Source: an uncultured Verrucomicrobiae bacterium (GTDB taxonomy: Bacteria; Verrucomicrobiota; Verrucomicrobiia; Chthoniobacterales; UBA10450). From it: a stretch of DNA of 64,000 nucleotides. Positions 10,537 to 19,794 of the stretch are shown here, one piece after another. Below the pieces are notes generated by a model. That model was not told the origin of the DNA. It was given only the letters and a program-made list of their open reading frames with translations, and ran no database searches. A program made the position numbers and the translations under genes. Position 1 is the first letter of the stretch. Each line of letters opens with the position of its first letter. Location of the stretch: contig CAVYXA010000005.1 in NCBI GenBank assembly GCA_963772365.1, forward strand, positions 32,001-96,000, in the 5' to 3' direction.

Positions 10537-10984
10537 ATGAACGAAGCTCAATTGAAAAAATTGTAAACGAAGCCGTAACGCTTCACCGGGACATCGCCGC
10601 TCACAGCGAACGCCTGAAAGCCGACCTCATTCGTGAGGCCCAGCGTCACAAGGAAGATTTCACCATCACTGACGGCGGCGGTTCGCGCTGGACCGCCTGC
10701 GGAACCGATGGATGTATCGCCCGCGTCAACTTCCAGCGCCCGCGCTTGTGTCGCACATCGATACTGAAGATGAAACGTTCGACAAAATTCTCGCGGTTGC
10801 GGGCGAATCGCTCGACGAGCTTTTCGATTCACGGCACTACTTAAAACCGATCGCAGACTTTCGCGACGAAGTAGCCGCCGCGTTGCCGAGACGCGCCGCA
10901 GCGCAATTGATCGAACTTTGCGAGGTGAAGTGCTCGCCGCGCGTCAGTTTCGAAACCGCGGAAACAAAAATCAAAGAGCGGTGA
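10537..10984 (+). pseudogene. Hypothetical protein, possibly phage-derived, with two frameshifts
   Basis: MNEAQLKK / IVNEAVTLHRDI...ARVNF / PAPALVSHID...RVSFETAE can be joined across three frames. Confidence 0.45.
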
Positions 10985-10999
10985 GAACGGGAGGCCGAA

Positions 11000-11278
11000 A
11001 TGCGTTACAAAAACAATATCGGTCCGCAAGTCCGTCGCCGACGCTACGCTCTCGGCTGGTCGCAATCGAAGCTCGCCGCGAAATTGCAGATCGCCGGCTT
11101 CGACATCAGCCGGAGCGGAGTCTCAAAAATCGAAGCGCGCCTTTCGTACGTCGATGACAAATCGCTGTTGTATCTCGCCGACGTGTTAAGAGTCCCCGTT
11201 CAATATCTATTCCCATCTCGACCGTCTGACAAAAGTATCTACGATTTCATCGAGACGCTTGAAACGACCCGATTCTGA
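11000..11278 (+). CDS. XRE-family helix-turn-helix regulator
   Basis: IGPQVRRRRYALGWSQSKLAAKLQIAGFDISRSGVSKIE. Confidence 0.85.
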   Translation: MRYKNNIGPQVRRRRYALGWSQSKLAAKLQIAGFDISRSGVSKIEARLSYVDDKSLLYLADVLRVPVQYLFPSRPSDKSIYDFIETLETTRF

Positions 11279-11357
11279 TTTCGATGAAGTCCACGCGCGA
11301 AAGCAATCCGGTTTGCGAAACAAAGTTGGAATGCTGCATGTTTTCGCCACAGGAAAA

Positions 11358-11382
11358 TTGTACCCCCTGATTGTACCCCTTA
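11358..11382. repeat. Tandem direct repeat resembling tyrosine-integrase arm-type sites
   Basis: ttgtaccccctga-ttgtacccctta, about 110 nt from the tRNA fragment. Confidence 0.5.
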
Positions 11383-11494
11383 TGTCCAAAAAGTGGCAAA
11401 AAATAGCTAATGCTGGCTAATGCGTAAATATCGTAACTGGCCGAAAATCAACCCTTAGCATCAAATGGCTAACGATAGCAAAACCCCATTTCTC

Positions 11495-11534
11495 GATTAC
11501 AAATCAGCTGCTCTACCAACTGAGCTATGCCGGC
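11495..11534 (-). pseudogene. 5' half of tRNA-Thr(TGT), broken just after the anticodon loop (att-like)
   Basis: Minus strand GCCGGCATAGCTCAGTTGGTAGAGCAGCTGATTTGTAATC, then no T-arm or 3' acceptor strand. Confidence 0.8.
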
Positions 11535-11656
11535 GTGCCTGCGGACAATACTCGCTGCCGTCAGTTTCGCGAGCGGCTTTCTGGCTTTGAATTGGTTTTT
11601 GTTCAAACCGAACTGTTCACGTCCCTTCACCACGCTGGAACGTCAAGCAGCCGGCA

Positions 11657-12586
11657 TCAAGTCATTTGGCGCCCAAGATCTTCTAAAATAGCGAGGTAAG
11701 CTTTAAGCGCTTCGCTTGGATTGTTCTTCTTCCATCCCACGGCGGAATCCATCAACACGGCCGGTGTGATATCGCGAATGGTGATGTTTTCATGGGGAAC
11801 GTCTCTGATCTGTTCCGGTAGAACCGCCACACCTAGTTGGTTTCTGATTGCCTGAATCAACAAGGAGTCGCTCTCTACGGTTTCAAGGACCTTCGGTTTG
11901 AACCCCGCTTCCTCGCATGCCGAATTTAACCAGCGCGAATATCCTGGATAAACGGAGTCGGAGACGCTGATAAAAAACATTGACTCGAGGTCTTTCAGTT
12001 TCACTGAATTTTTTGAAACGAGCTGATTGTTTCTGGGCAGGAGAGCTATGCCGGGATAGGAAGCGATTACCCGAAATTCAAAAGCTCCAGCGGAGTTCAG
12101 CCCGGAGAGCCCGACAAAGGCAATATCGATCTTGTCCTCGGTCAACGCCTGGAGAAGATCTTTTGGAGGCATACCGAAAAGATTCACCGAGGTGGTGGGA
12201 AACTGCTGTTCAAACGCAGTGATGCTTGCCGGAAGCATTCGATGAAAAGGATTGGGGACGTAGCCAATTCGAATCGATCCCGATTGTTTTCCGACATCGC
12301 GAACGGATCGGATGACCTCGGTGCTGTAACCGAGAAGACGTTTGGCCCCAGCGAGGAGACACTCGCCTTCCCGAGTTAGTTTTACTCTTTTCTTTGAGCG
12401 ATCGAGAAGGCGCGCCCCAATCTCTTCTTCGAGATCTTTGATTTGTCGGGTGAGCGAAGGCTGCGCGATCCGGAGTTTCTCGGCTCCCTTGGTGAAGCTG
12501 AGTTCCTCGGCAACGGCGACAAAATAGCGAAGATGGCGCAGCTCCATTGATCTGGTCGAAGATCGGTTGGACATCTCTTCTACCAC
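11657..12586 (-). CDS. LysR family transcriptional regulator (likely start 12547)
   Basis: MELRHLRYFVAVAEELSFTKGAEKLRIAQPSLTRQIKDLEEEIG. Confidence 0.95.
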   Translation of the reverse strand: MVEEMSNRSSTRSMELRHLRYFVAVAEELSFTKGAEKLRIAQPSLTRQIKDLEEEIGARLLDRSKKRVKLTREGECLLAGAKRLLGYSTEVIRSVRDVGKQSGSIRIGYVPNPFHRMLPASITAFEQQFPTTSVNLFGMPPKDLLQALTEDKIDIAFVGLSGLNSAGAFEFRVIASYPGIALLPRNNQLVSKNSVKLKDLESMFFISVSDSVYPGYSRWLNSACEEAGFKPKVLETVESDSLLIQAIRNQLGVAVLPEQIRDVPHENITIRDITPAVLMDSAVGWKKNNPSEALKAYLAILEDLGRQMT

Positions 12587-13020
12587 AGTGATTATGAAAA
12601 TGATAGGAAAAAAGTATCAGGATTTCTTATTCCGGGCTTGCAATCCCGTCGTATTTTTGCCTTGAACCACCACTGAGTTTATTCCGGGCAATTGGATTTT
12701 GGACTCATACGCCAAAAGCATGGGAAACAGCGCAAGGAAGTATTAGCTAATCCAACGTAAAATGTGGCACAATCCTCAGCTCACGCATGAGCACCGATCA
12801 AGCCCTTACTGAGGCATTGTTCCCCTCCGACCGGTTTTTCGTAACTTCCACCCTCCTTTCTCGGAGAACTTACCGGACACGCCTTTTAGAAATGAATGTC
12901 TTCGCAATAAGAGATCGATTCCCGGCCAGTAATAACTTGGCGGGTTTTTTATCCCGATTTGCACATCCTGGGTCCTCCCTGAAGAGGACCCAAAACATCT
13001 GATCCCCGGCCGCCGACCGG

Positions 13021-14016
13021 TTGGGTGATAACACAACCTGGCAAAGAGAAATGAAAGGTTTCGCGCGAAAAACGCGTCGATCGACCAAGGGCGGCAGCTT
13101 GCCTCGAAACGGCGGAACTGAAATGCGTACCCGAAGCGATTTGGGCTACAACGGCAGCCATAGTAACGCAAACCAAAGCGATGGCCCGGGCTACAGAAAC
13201 GGGCAGGACGGCGGGAATGGCAACGGCGCAGTGATGGCTTGCGACGAGATCGCGCAGCCGGTATTTCCATTGGCGGGTCGCGTTCGATTTGTTCCGCGGC
13301 GACTTTCTGCAGGCGTGCCGCGTTGGAAGCGGATCTTCGACATTACTTGCATCGCTCTCACATGCCCAGTGTGGGCTCCGCTTATGTTGATGGTCATGGC
13401 GTTAATCCGAGTTGCATCGCCCGGCCCCATCTTTTATCGGCAGGAGCGGGTCGGCTTTGGTGGCCGGCGCTTCATGCTCTTCAAATTCCGAACCATGCAC
13501 GTGGACGCAGGAACTGGAACGCATGAGGATTATGTTGCTGAATTGATCAAGAGCGGGCGGCCGATGGCTAAGCTCGATTCGGCCGGCGATTCCCGGCTCA
13601 TCCCAGGCGCCGGTTTTCTTCGCGCGTGTGGTTTGGACGAGTTGCCACAGATCTTCAACATTCTAAAAGGCGATATGAGCCTAGTGGGTCCACGCCCCTG
13701 TTTACCAAGGGAGTTTGTTCATTATGAGTCGTGGCAAAAACATCGTGTGGAAGCCCTGCCCGGACTGACTGGCTTATGGCAAGTGAGTGGCAAGAACGAG
13801 ACCACATTCAAGGAGATGATCGTTCTGGATCTGCAATATGTCCGCACTATGTCACTCTCGCTGGATCTCGAAATCATTTTGAAAACCATTCCCGCATTGA
13901 ACAAAGAAGTTTCACGGTGCTTAGGCCGTCTTTTTCGCAGACTGGCGGTCCGAATTTCAGTTCTCGGCCAGCCGCAACTGGCCGCGAATGTCGCGGCGCC
14001 AGATCGTAAATCATAG
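13021..14016 (+). CDS. Priming sugar phosphotransferase (bacterial sugar transferase family); start uncertain
   Basis: KRIFDI, FYRQERVG, KFRTM, LDELPQIFNILKGDMSLVGPRP, PGLTGLWQV. Confidence 0.92.
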   Translation: MGDNTTWQREMKGFARKTRRSTKGGSLPRNGGTEMRTRSDLGYNGSHSNANQSDGPGYRNGQDGGNGNGAVMACDEIAQPVFPLAGRVRFVPRRLSAGVPRWKRIFDITCIALTCPVWAPLMLMVMALIRVASPGPIFYRQERVGFGGRRFMLFKFRTMHVDAGTGTHEDYVAELIKSGRPMAKLDSAGDSRLIPGAGFLRACGLDELPQIFNILKGDMSLVGPRPCLPREFVHYESWQKHRVEALPGLTGLWQVSGKNETTFKEMIVLDLQYVRTMSLSLDLEIILKTIPALNKEVSRCLGRLFRRLAVRISVLGQPQLAANVAAPDRKS

Positions 14017-14019
14017 GTC

Positions 14020-15108
14020 ATGAAAGCCCAGACAGGGCTTGGGTTAATCGGCTGCGGATATTGGGGACCGCTCCTCATCCGCAACTTTAAAGGGCTACCG
14101 CATTGCCGTCTCAAGACGGTTTGCGACCTGAGCGATACGCGCCTCGGGCATGTTAAGAAATTGTACCCGGACGTCGAATGCATTACCGAGACCGATCAGT
14201 TGTTCGCCGATCCCGCGATCGATGCCATCGTCGTCGCCACGCCGGTTCAATATCATTACTCGTTGGCGAAAGCCGCCCTGCTCGCTGGCAAGCACGTATT
14301 CATCGAGAAGCCGATGGCTTCCTCCTCAGACCAATGTGAAGAACTAATTCAGATCGCCAAGGCCGCGGGGCTGGTTCTGATGGTCGATCATACTTTTCTG
14401 TATTCCGCCGCTGTTCGTAAAATTGCCGAGATCATCGAAGCTGGTGACATCGGCGACATTCGCTACATCAATTCCCGCCGGCTCAACCTCGGTCTGTTTC
14501 AAAAGGACATCAACGTCGCTTGGGATCTCGCTCCCCACGACATCTCAATCATTCTTTACATTTTGGGTGAGTTCCCGGTGACCGTGAATTGCCAGGGAAA
14601 CGCGCATGTCACGCCCAAGGTGGAAGACGTAACCAACATGTCGCTTTCGTTCCGGCACAAACGTTTCGCCACAATTCAAAGCAGCTGGCTCGAGCCGCGC
14701 AAGGTTCGCGAAATGACCATTGTCGGCAGCCGCCGCATGATTGTTTACGACGACTTGCAGACACATGAAAAAATCAAGGTCTATGATGTGCGGGTCGAGC
14801 GTCCGCCGCACTACGACAGCTTTGCCGAATTCCAGTACTGGTACCACTACGGTGACAGTTACATTCCGCACATTCATCAGGAGGAACCTTTGAAGCTGGT
14901 TTGTCAGCACTTCATCGATTGCATCGAGAGCGGATCGAAGCCGATCACGAGCGGACGCGAAGGCCTGGAGATGGTGCGCATTCTAGAGGCTGCCTCCGCT
15001 TCTTTAAAAGCCAATGGCGCGCCGGTCACGCTTTCGCCAATTGTCGATCGAATCGCTATCTCCGAGCCCGGCGAAAATCTCAGCATCCTTCCGTCCGCAC
15101 GGGCCTGA
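14020..15108 (+). CDS. Gfo/Idh/MocA oxidoreductase (WbpB/WlbA-like)
   Basis: GCGYWG, GKHVFIEKP, WDLAPHD. Confidence 0.9.
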   Translation: MKAQTGLGLIGCGYWGPLLIRNFKGLPHCRLKTVCDLSDTRLGHVKKLYPDVECITETDQLFADPAIDAIVVATPVQYHYSLAKAALLAGKHVFIEKPMASSSDQCEELIQIAKAAGLVLMVDHTFLYSAAVRKIAEIIEAGDIGDIRYINSRRLNLGLFQKDINVAWDLAPHDISIILYILGEFPVTVNCQGNAHVTPKVEDVTNMSLSFRHKRFATIQSSWLEPRKVREMTIVGSRRMIVYDDLQTHEKIKVYDVRVERPPHYDSFAEFQYWYHYGDSYIPHIHQEEPLKLVCQHFIDCIESGSKPITSGREGLEMVRILEAASASLKANGAPVTLSPIVDRIAISEPGENLSILPSARA

Positions 15109-15142
15109 GAGAGTCCTCATTCACTGACCTCCGACCTCTGAC

Positions 15143-16258
15143 ATGATTCCCTTTCTCGATCTTAAGGCTCATCATGCACCACTGCGCGATGAGTTCGATC
15201 GCGCGATTCGCGAAGTGATCGAAAGCGGCGCCTTTGCGGGTGGTCCGTTCGTCGAAAAATTTGAAAACGAATTTGCCGCCTATTGCGGTTGCGACCATGC
15301 GGTTGGCGTCGGCAACGGCACGGACGCTCTCTGGCTCGCGCTGATGGCTTGTGGCATCGGGGCTGGCGACGAAGTCATTACCGTGCCGAATACATTCATG
15401 GCTACGGCAGAAGCCATTACCTATTCAGGAGCCCGGCCGGTCTTTGTCGATGTAAACGAGCAGACGTACACGATGGACCCGGCCGGGCTCGAAGCGGCGT
15501 TCACGTCAAAAACCAGGGCTATTGTTCCTGTTCATCTGTTTGGACAAACGGCCGATATGGACCCGATCCTGGAATTCGCCAAAGCACATAATTTGGTAGT
15601 CATTGAAGATGCTGCGCAAGCCCACGGCGCGAAATACAAAGGACGCACCGCCGGGACGATGGGAGTGGCTGGTAGTTTCAGCTTTTACCCGGGCAAAAAT
15701 CTCGGCGCGTTTGGCGAGGCGGGTACGGTTATTACAAACGATGTGGCGTTACGGGACAAAATCCGCACCCTCCGCGATCACGGGCAGATCCGGAAATATC
15801 ACCATTCTCTGATCGGTTGGAATTGCCGGATGGATGGAATTCAGGCGGCGGTGTTGAGCGTGAAACTGCCACACCTCGACCGAGGGAACACGCTCCGCCG
15901 CCGTCACGCCCAACAATACAATGCCGCATTTTGTGGCATCGATGAGATCACTCCGCCCGTCGAGGAATCATATGCGAAACATGTTTATCACGTTTACGCA
16001 ATTCTCGTTCAGGAGAGAGATGAGATCATGTCGATCCTGAATAAGACCGGCATTCACACTGCGATTCATTATCCGGTTCCAATTCATCTTCAGCCGGCCT
16101 ATGGCCACCTCGGCTACGAGACCGGCGATCTTCCCGTTTCCGAGCGAATTGCTCACGAATTCCTTTCGCTTCCGATGTTTCCGGAATTAAGCGAAGCGCA
16201 GATCGAACAGGTCGCATCGACGGTAAAAGAAGCCGTCGCAACTGAGGCCGTAGCGTGA
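15143..16258 (+). CDS. DegT/DnrJ/EryC1/StrS aminotransferase
   Basis: NGTDAL, IEDAAQAHG, SFYPGKNLGAFGEAG. Confidence 0.95.
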   Translation: MIPFLDLKAHHAPLRDEFDRAIREVIESGAFAGGPFVEKFENEFAAYCGCDHAVGVGNGTDALWLALMACGIGAGDEVITVPNTFMATAEAITYSGARPVFVDVNEQTYTMDPAGLEAAFTSKTRAIVPVHLFGQTADMDPILEFAKAHNLVVIEDAAQAHGAKYKGRTAGTMGVAGSFSFYPGKNLGAFGEAGTVITNDVALRDKIRTLRDHGQIRKYHHSLIGWNCRMDGIQAAVLSVKLPHLDRGNTLRRRHAQQYNAAFCGIDEITPPVEESYAKHVYHVYAILVQERDEIMSILNKTGIHTAIHYPVPIHLQPAYGHLGYETGDLPVSERIAHEFLSLPMFPELSEAQIEQVASTVKEAVATEAVA

Positions 16259-17382
16259 ACCAGTTGCGCATTTTATCTGTAGGGGAAGCTGACAGCTTCC
16301 CATGTGGCCGGGTTGCAGGGAAGCTGTCAGCTTCCCCTACAGCCTCCGATGTAACGATTGTCGATCCTCTGAGTGGTGATGCATGGGATAATCTCCTGGA
16401 TCATTTTCCGGAGGCGACTGCCTTTCATACGAGTGCTTGGGCCAGAGTGCTGTCCCGAACTTATGGCCATACACCTTTCTATCTTAAATTCACCCGCGCT
16501 GAGAACGTGATGGGAATACTTCCTCTGATGGAGGTTCGAAGCCCGCTTACCGGTTCGAGAGGTGTATCTCTTCCGTTTACTGATTTTTGCGGACCCCTCG
16601 TCGCCGACCACGGCGTTACGAAAATGATTGGCGAAAAGTTGAGTGAATTAGCGGCAGAACGACGCTGGAGATACATCGAGCTGCGAGGAATCGACCCGGC
16701 CATTTTTCCAAACGCGTGTCGAAGCGCAACCTTTCATGCTCACACACTTTCACTCGATCATTCGCCGACTGAATTATGGGACCGACTGGAGAGTTCCGTT
16801 CGGCGCGCTGTGCGAAAGGCCGGGCGGGAAGGCGTGACGGTTGAGTTTGCGTCGAATGGGAGCGGTATCCGCGAGTTCTATCGTTTGCACAGCCAGACTC
16901 GACGGCGTCATGGTCTGCCTCCTCAGCCGATCCGCTTTTTCATGAATATTTACGAGGAGATGATCGAAACGGGACGCGGTTTTCTGGTCCAAGCCAGAGC
17001 GTCTTCCAAAACCATTGCTGCCGCGATTTTCTTTCAATTTCGCGATCACGCGATCTACAAGTTCGGAGCATCGGACGAAACCTCTCAGAGATCTCGCCCT
17101 AACAATCTCGTGATGTGGGAAGCGATCTGTCGTTTAGTCGAACGTGGCTGCCGGACATTACATTTTGGCCGAACAGAAATGGAAAACGAGGGGCTCCGAC
17201 GATTCAAACTCGGCTGGAGAACCAGCGAAAACAAAATACAATATGTTCGTCTCGGAAAAGGCTCACCGGCCAGCACAGAACCGGGGCTTCACACTACCTC
17301 TTTTCACAAGATTTTTTTCCGAATGGTTCCCCTTTCCCTGAACCAGCTCGCCGGAGCCGCGATTTATCCGCATCTCGATTAA
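16255..17382 (+). CDS. FemAB-like double-GNAT protein (PEP-CTERM/EPS-associated type)
   Basis: SLPFTDFCG, VRRAVRKAGREGV, HGLPPQP, NNLVMWEAI, FGRT, GLRRFKLGW. Confidence 0.8.
   Translation: MNQLRILSVGEADSFPCGRVAGKLSASPTASDVTIVDPLSGDAWDNLLDHFPEATAFHTSAWARVLSRTYGHTPFYLKFTRAENVMGILPLMEVRSPLTGSRGVSLPFTDFCGPLVADHGVTKMIGEKLSELAAERRWRYIELRGIDPAIFPNACRSATFHAHTLSLDHSPTELWDRLESSVRRAVRKAGREGVTVEFASNGSGIREFYRLHSQTRRRHGLPPQPIRFFMNIYEEMIETGRGFLVQARASSKTIAAAIFFQFRDHAIYKFGASDETSQRSRPNNLVMWEAICRLVERGCRTLHFGRTEMENEGLRRFKLGWRTSENKIQYVRLGKGSPASTEPGLHTTSFHKIFFRMVPLSLNQLAGAAIYPHLD
16278..16341. repeat. Inverted REP doublet (REPIN-like), 24-nt unit
   Basis: tgtaggggaagctgacagcttccc (16278-16301) and its exact reverse complement (16318-16341). 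Confidence 0.9.
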
Positions 17383-17406
17383 ACGAGACACACAAGAAAA
17401 CTAGTT

Positions 17407-19743
17407 ATGTCCAAAGAACCCTCAGATCTGCAAATCAGAAAATCGGAACCCGTTCTTGCCCGACCAATCCCGCGCCCGCGCGAAGGCCGTGCTGCCGAGC
17501 ACCATTCGAGCTTGAATCAGGCCGATGTTCTCTATGCCCTGTTCAAACACAAAAAGAAGATCCTTTTCGCGACAATCGCCGGACTGATCGTGGCGGCATT
17601 GGTTTACGTCTTTTATCCTGCCGTCTATGAGTCAGATGCGAAACTACTAGTACGTTATCTCGTCGAGCGGAGCACCGTCGATACCGTTGAAACGGCCAGA
17701 AATCCGGGTGGTTACACCCCGGCAACCGATGCAGTCATCCGTGCTGAATCGGAAATTCTCAGCAGCTGGGATCTGGCGGTACAAACTGCGGAAGCGATCG
17801 GACCTAAGCGATTACTACCCGACTTTAAAGGAACTCCTAGCAAAGAGGACGCTGCTGCAGTGATTGCATCCGGTCTTTCACTTTCAACAACGAAAGGTAG
17901 CAACATCATCTTTGTTGCCTACAAAAATCACAATCCGGAACTGACTACCGTAGTCCTGAACGAGTTGGTTAATCGTTATTTTAACAAACACCTTGAAGTC
18001 CACCGCTCTGCCGGTGCGTTCGATTTTGTGGCTCAGCAAACCGATCAGGTCCGGGCCCGCCTGAATCAAACCGAAGACGCCCTGAAAGATGTAAAACAGA
18101 AGGCGGGAATCCTTTCGTTGCAGGACAGTACGTCGGCTCTTGTTGATGAATCCCAAAAGGTCGAGGATCAGCTACACTCTGCAGAGGCGGACATTGCCGA
18201 ACATCAGGCCCAACTACGCCAGCTTCGAACATCCACTGGAGGTGTCACCGTCATGGCTGGCGAAGAGAATGCTAGTCAGGGTTCCGACTCCTCAGTCTCA
18301 GATCAAGAAAATGGAGAAGAAAAGGCGGCGGGATCCAAGCCGGCAGCTTCGCCCAAGCCCACAGTTCCTCCTGAGCTTGTCCAGAAGTACGAAGGGCTCA
18401 GTGCCGGTCTGGACAAACTGAAGAAAGAGCGGACCGACTTGTTTGCTCACTACACGACTCGAAGCGAACGGGTAAAGGCGAACCAGGCCGGAATTGATCA
18501 GACTGCAAAGCAAATGCGGCAATTGGAGAAGCAATATCCCGACGTTTCCACCAAAGCCGAGACTAGTTCGCGCGGAAGCAGAGAGCTTACTCCCGCGTCC
18601 GAAGCTACGCGGGTCGCTGGCTTGCGAGCGCGCAGAGGCGCATTGGCCGCCAGGCTTGCTGACGTGAAGAAAAGAATTCAGCAGTTAGAGGAGGTCAGCC
18701 CAGAAATTATCGATCTTGAGCGCCAAAAACAACTGCAAGAGACCAACTATAAATATTTCCAGGAGACACTGGAAAAAGCACGCGTAGATGAAGCGCTGGA
18801 TCCATCCAAGATTCCCAACATCAGTGCGGTGCAACGGCCTTCTCCTCCTCGGCTCGACACCGGCAAGCGCAACAAAATTGTGATGGGCCTGGCCGTTTCC
18901 GGTCTTGGTTTGGCGATTGGGCTGGTCTTGCTCAAGGAGTTAATGTTCGACCGCAGCATTCGGCGCCCTTCAGAGATTGAAAAGTTCGTGGGCGCTGGTT
19001 CGCTCATGGCGATTCCTTATCATTACAAATTAAATGGCGCGTCCAAGGTGAAACGAAATGGGAAAGGGATGGCAATAATTCCGGCCGTGGCGTCGCAGAA
19101 AATCGCGCCATGGGATAAGGGGCATTTCATTCGCGCGTATGCCGAAGCGATTCGAGACCGGATCGGCCTCTACTTCGAGCTTCACAATCTGACGCACAAA
19201 CCTAAACTGGTCGGTGTTGCCGCGATCTCCGAAGGGGGCGGAGCTTCAACTCTTGCTACAGGGCTGGCCGCCGCCTTATCTGAAACGGGCGATGGAAAAG
19301 TTCTGCTGGTAGATGTGAACCTAGGTCCGGATCAGGTCCATCCCTTCTTCCGAGGTAAGCCCGCTTACAGTTTGAATACCGCCCTCCAGCCCGATGGCCA
19401 GATTGCCGCCGCGGCGGAAAATCTTTATCTGGCCGTCGTCGGTTCGCCCAATGCTGGTCCGGCCCAACTCGGCTTGAAAAAGTTTTTCGATCTCATGCCA
19501 AACCTCAAAGCCAGCGACTTTGATTACATCATCTTTGACATGCCGCCGCTAGATCAGACTAGCCCAACGTGGGGCATGGCGCCGTTCATGGACAAGATGC
19601 TGCTCATCGTGGAAGCGGAAAAGAACAGCCGCGACACGGTCAAACGCGCTCACCGAAAACTTGTTAGCGACCGGGATAATGTGTCCCTGGTGGTAAACAA
19701 AGTCCATTCCTACGCGCCAAAGCGCCTCGAATTAGAGGCGTAA
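17407..19743 (+). CDS. Wzc/GumC-like polysaccharide co-polymerase
   Basis: N-terminal TM, coiled coil, Pro-rich motif plus second TM, C-terminal P-loop-like domain (VLLVDVNL, FDYIIFDMPP). Confidence 0.85.
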   Translation: MSKEPSDLQIRKSEPVLARPIPRPREGRAAEHHSSLNQADVLYALFKHKKKILFATIAGLIVAALVYVFYPAVYESDAKLLVRYLVERSTVDTVETARNPGGYTPATDAVIRAESEILSSWDLAVQTAEAIGPKRLLPDFKGTPSKEDAAAVIASGLSLSTTKGSNIIFVAYKNHNPELTTVVLNELVNRYFNKHLEVHRSAGAFDFVAQQTDQVRARLNQTEDALKDVKQKAGILSLQDSTSALVDESQKVEDQLHSAEADIAEHQAQLRQLRTSTGGVTVMAGEENASQGSDSSVSDQENGEEKAAGSKPAASPKPTVPPELVQKYEGLSAGLDKLKKERTDLFAHYTTRSERVKANQAGIDQTAKQMRQLEKQYPDVSTKAETSSRGSRELTPASEATRVAGLRARRGALAARLADVKKRIQQLEEVSPEIIDLERQKQLQETNYKYFQETLEKARVDEALDPSKIPNISAVQRPSPPRLDTGKRNKIVMGLAVSGLGLAIGLVLLKELMFDRSIRRPSEIEKFVGAGSLMAIPYHYKLNGASKVKRNGKGMAIIPAVASQKIAPWDKGHFIRAYAEAIRDRIGLYFELHNLTHKPKLVGVAAISEGGGASTLATGLAAALSETGDGKVLLVDVNLGPDQVHPFFRGKPAYSLNTALQPDGQIAAAAENLYLAVVGSPNAGPAQLGLKKFFDLMPNLKASDFDYIIFDMPPLDQTSPTWGMAPFMDKMLLIVEAEKNSRDTVKRAHRKLVSDRDNVSLVVNKVHSYAPKRLELEA

Positions 19744-19794
19744 TCGTCGTCGTTTTCGCTGACTTCTGCCGTCTGATCTCGGACATCTGAAGAG

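Noticed and set aside
12765..12781. Sigma-54 promoter for the EPS operon (TGGCACAATCCTCAGC)
   Set aside because: GG-to-GC spacing is 11 rather than the required 10
12787..13002. Leader ORF upstream of the sugar transferase
   Set aside because: No recognisable motif and no other support for coding
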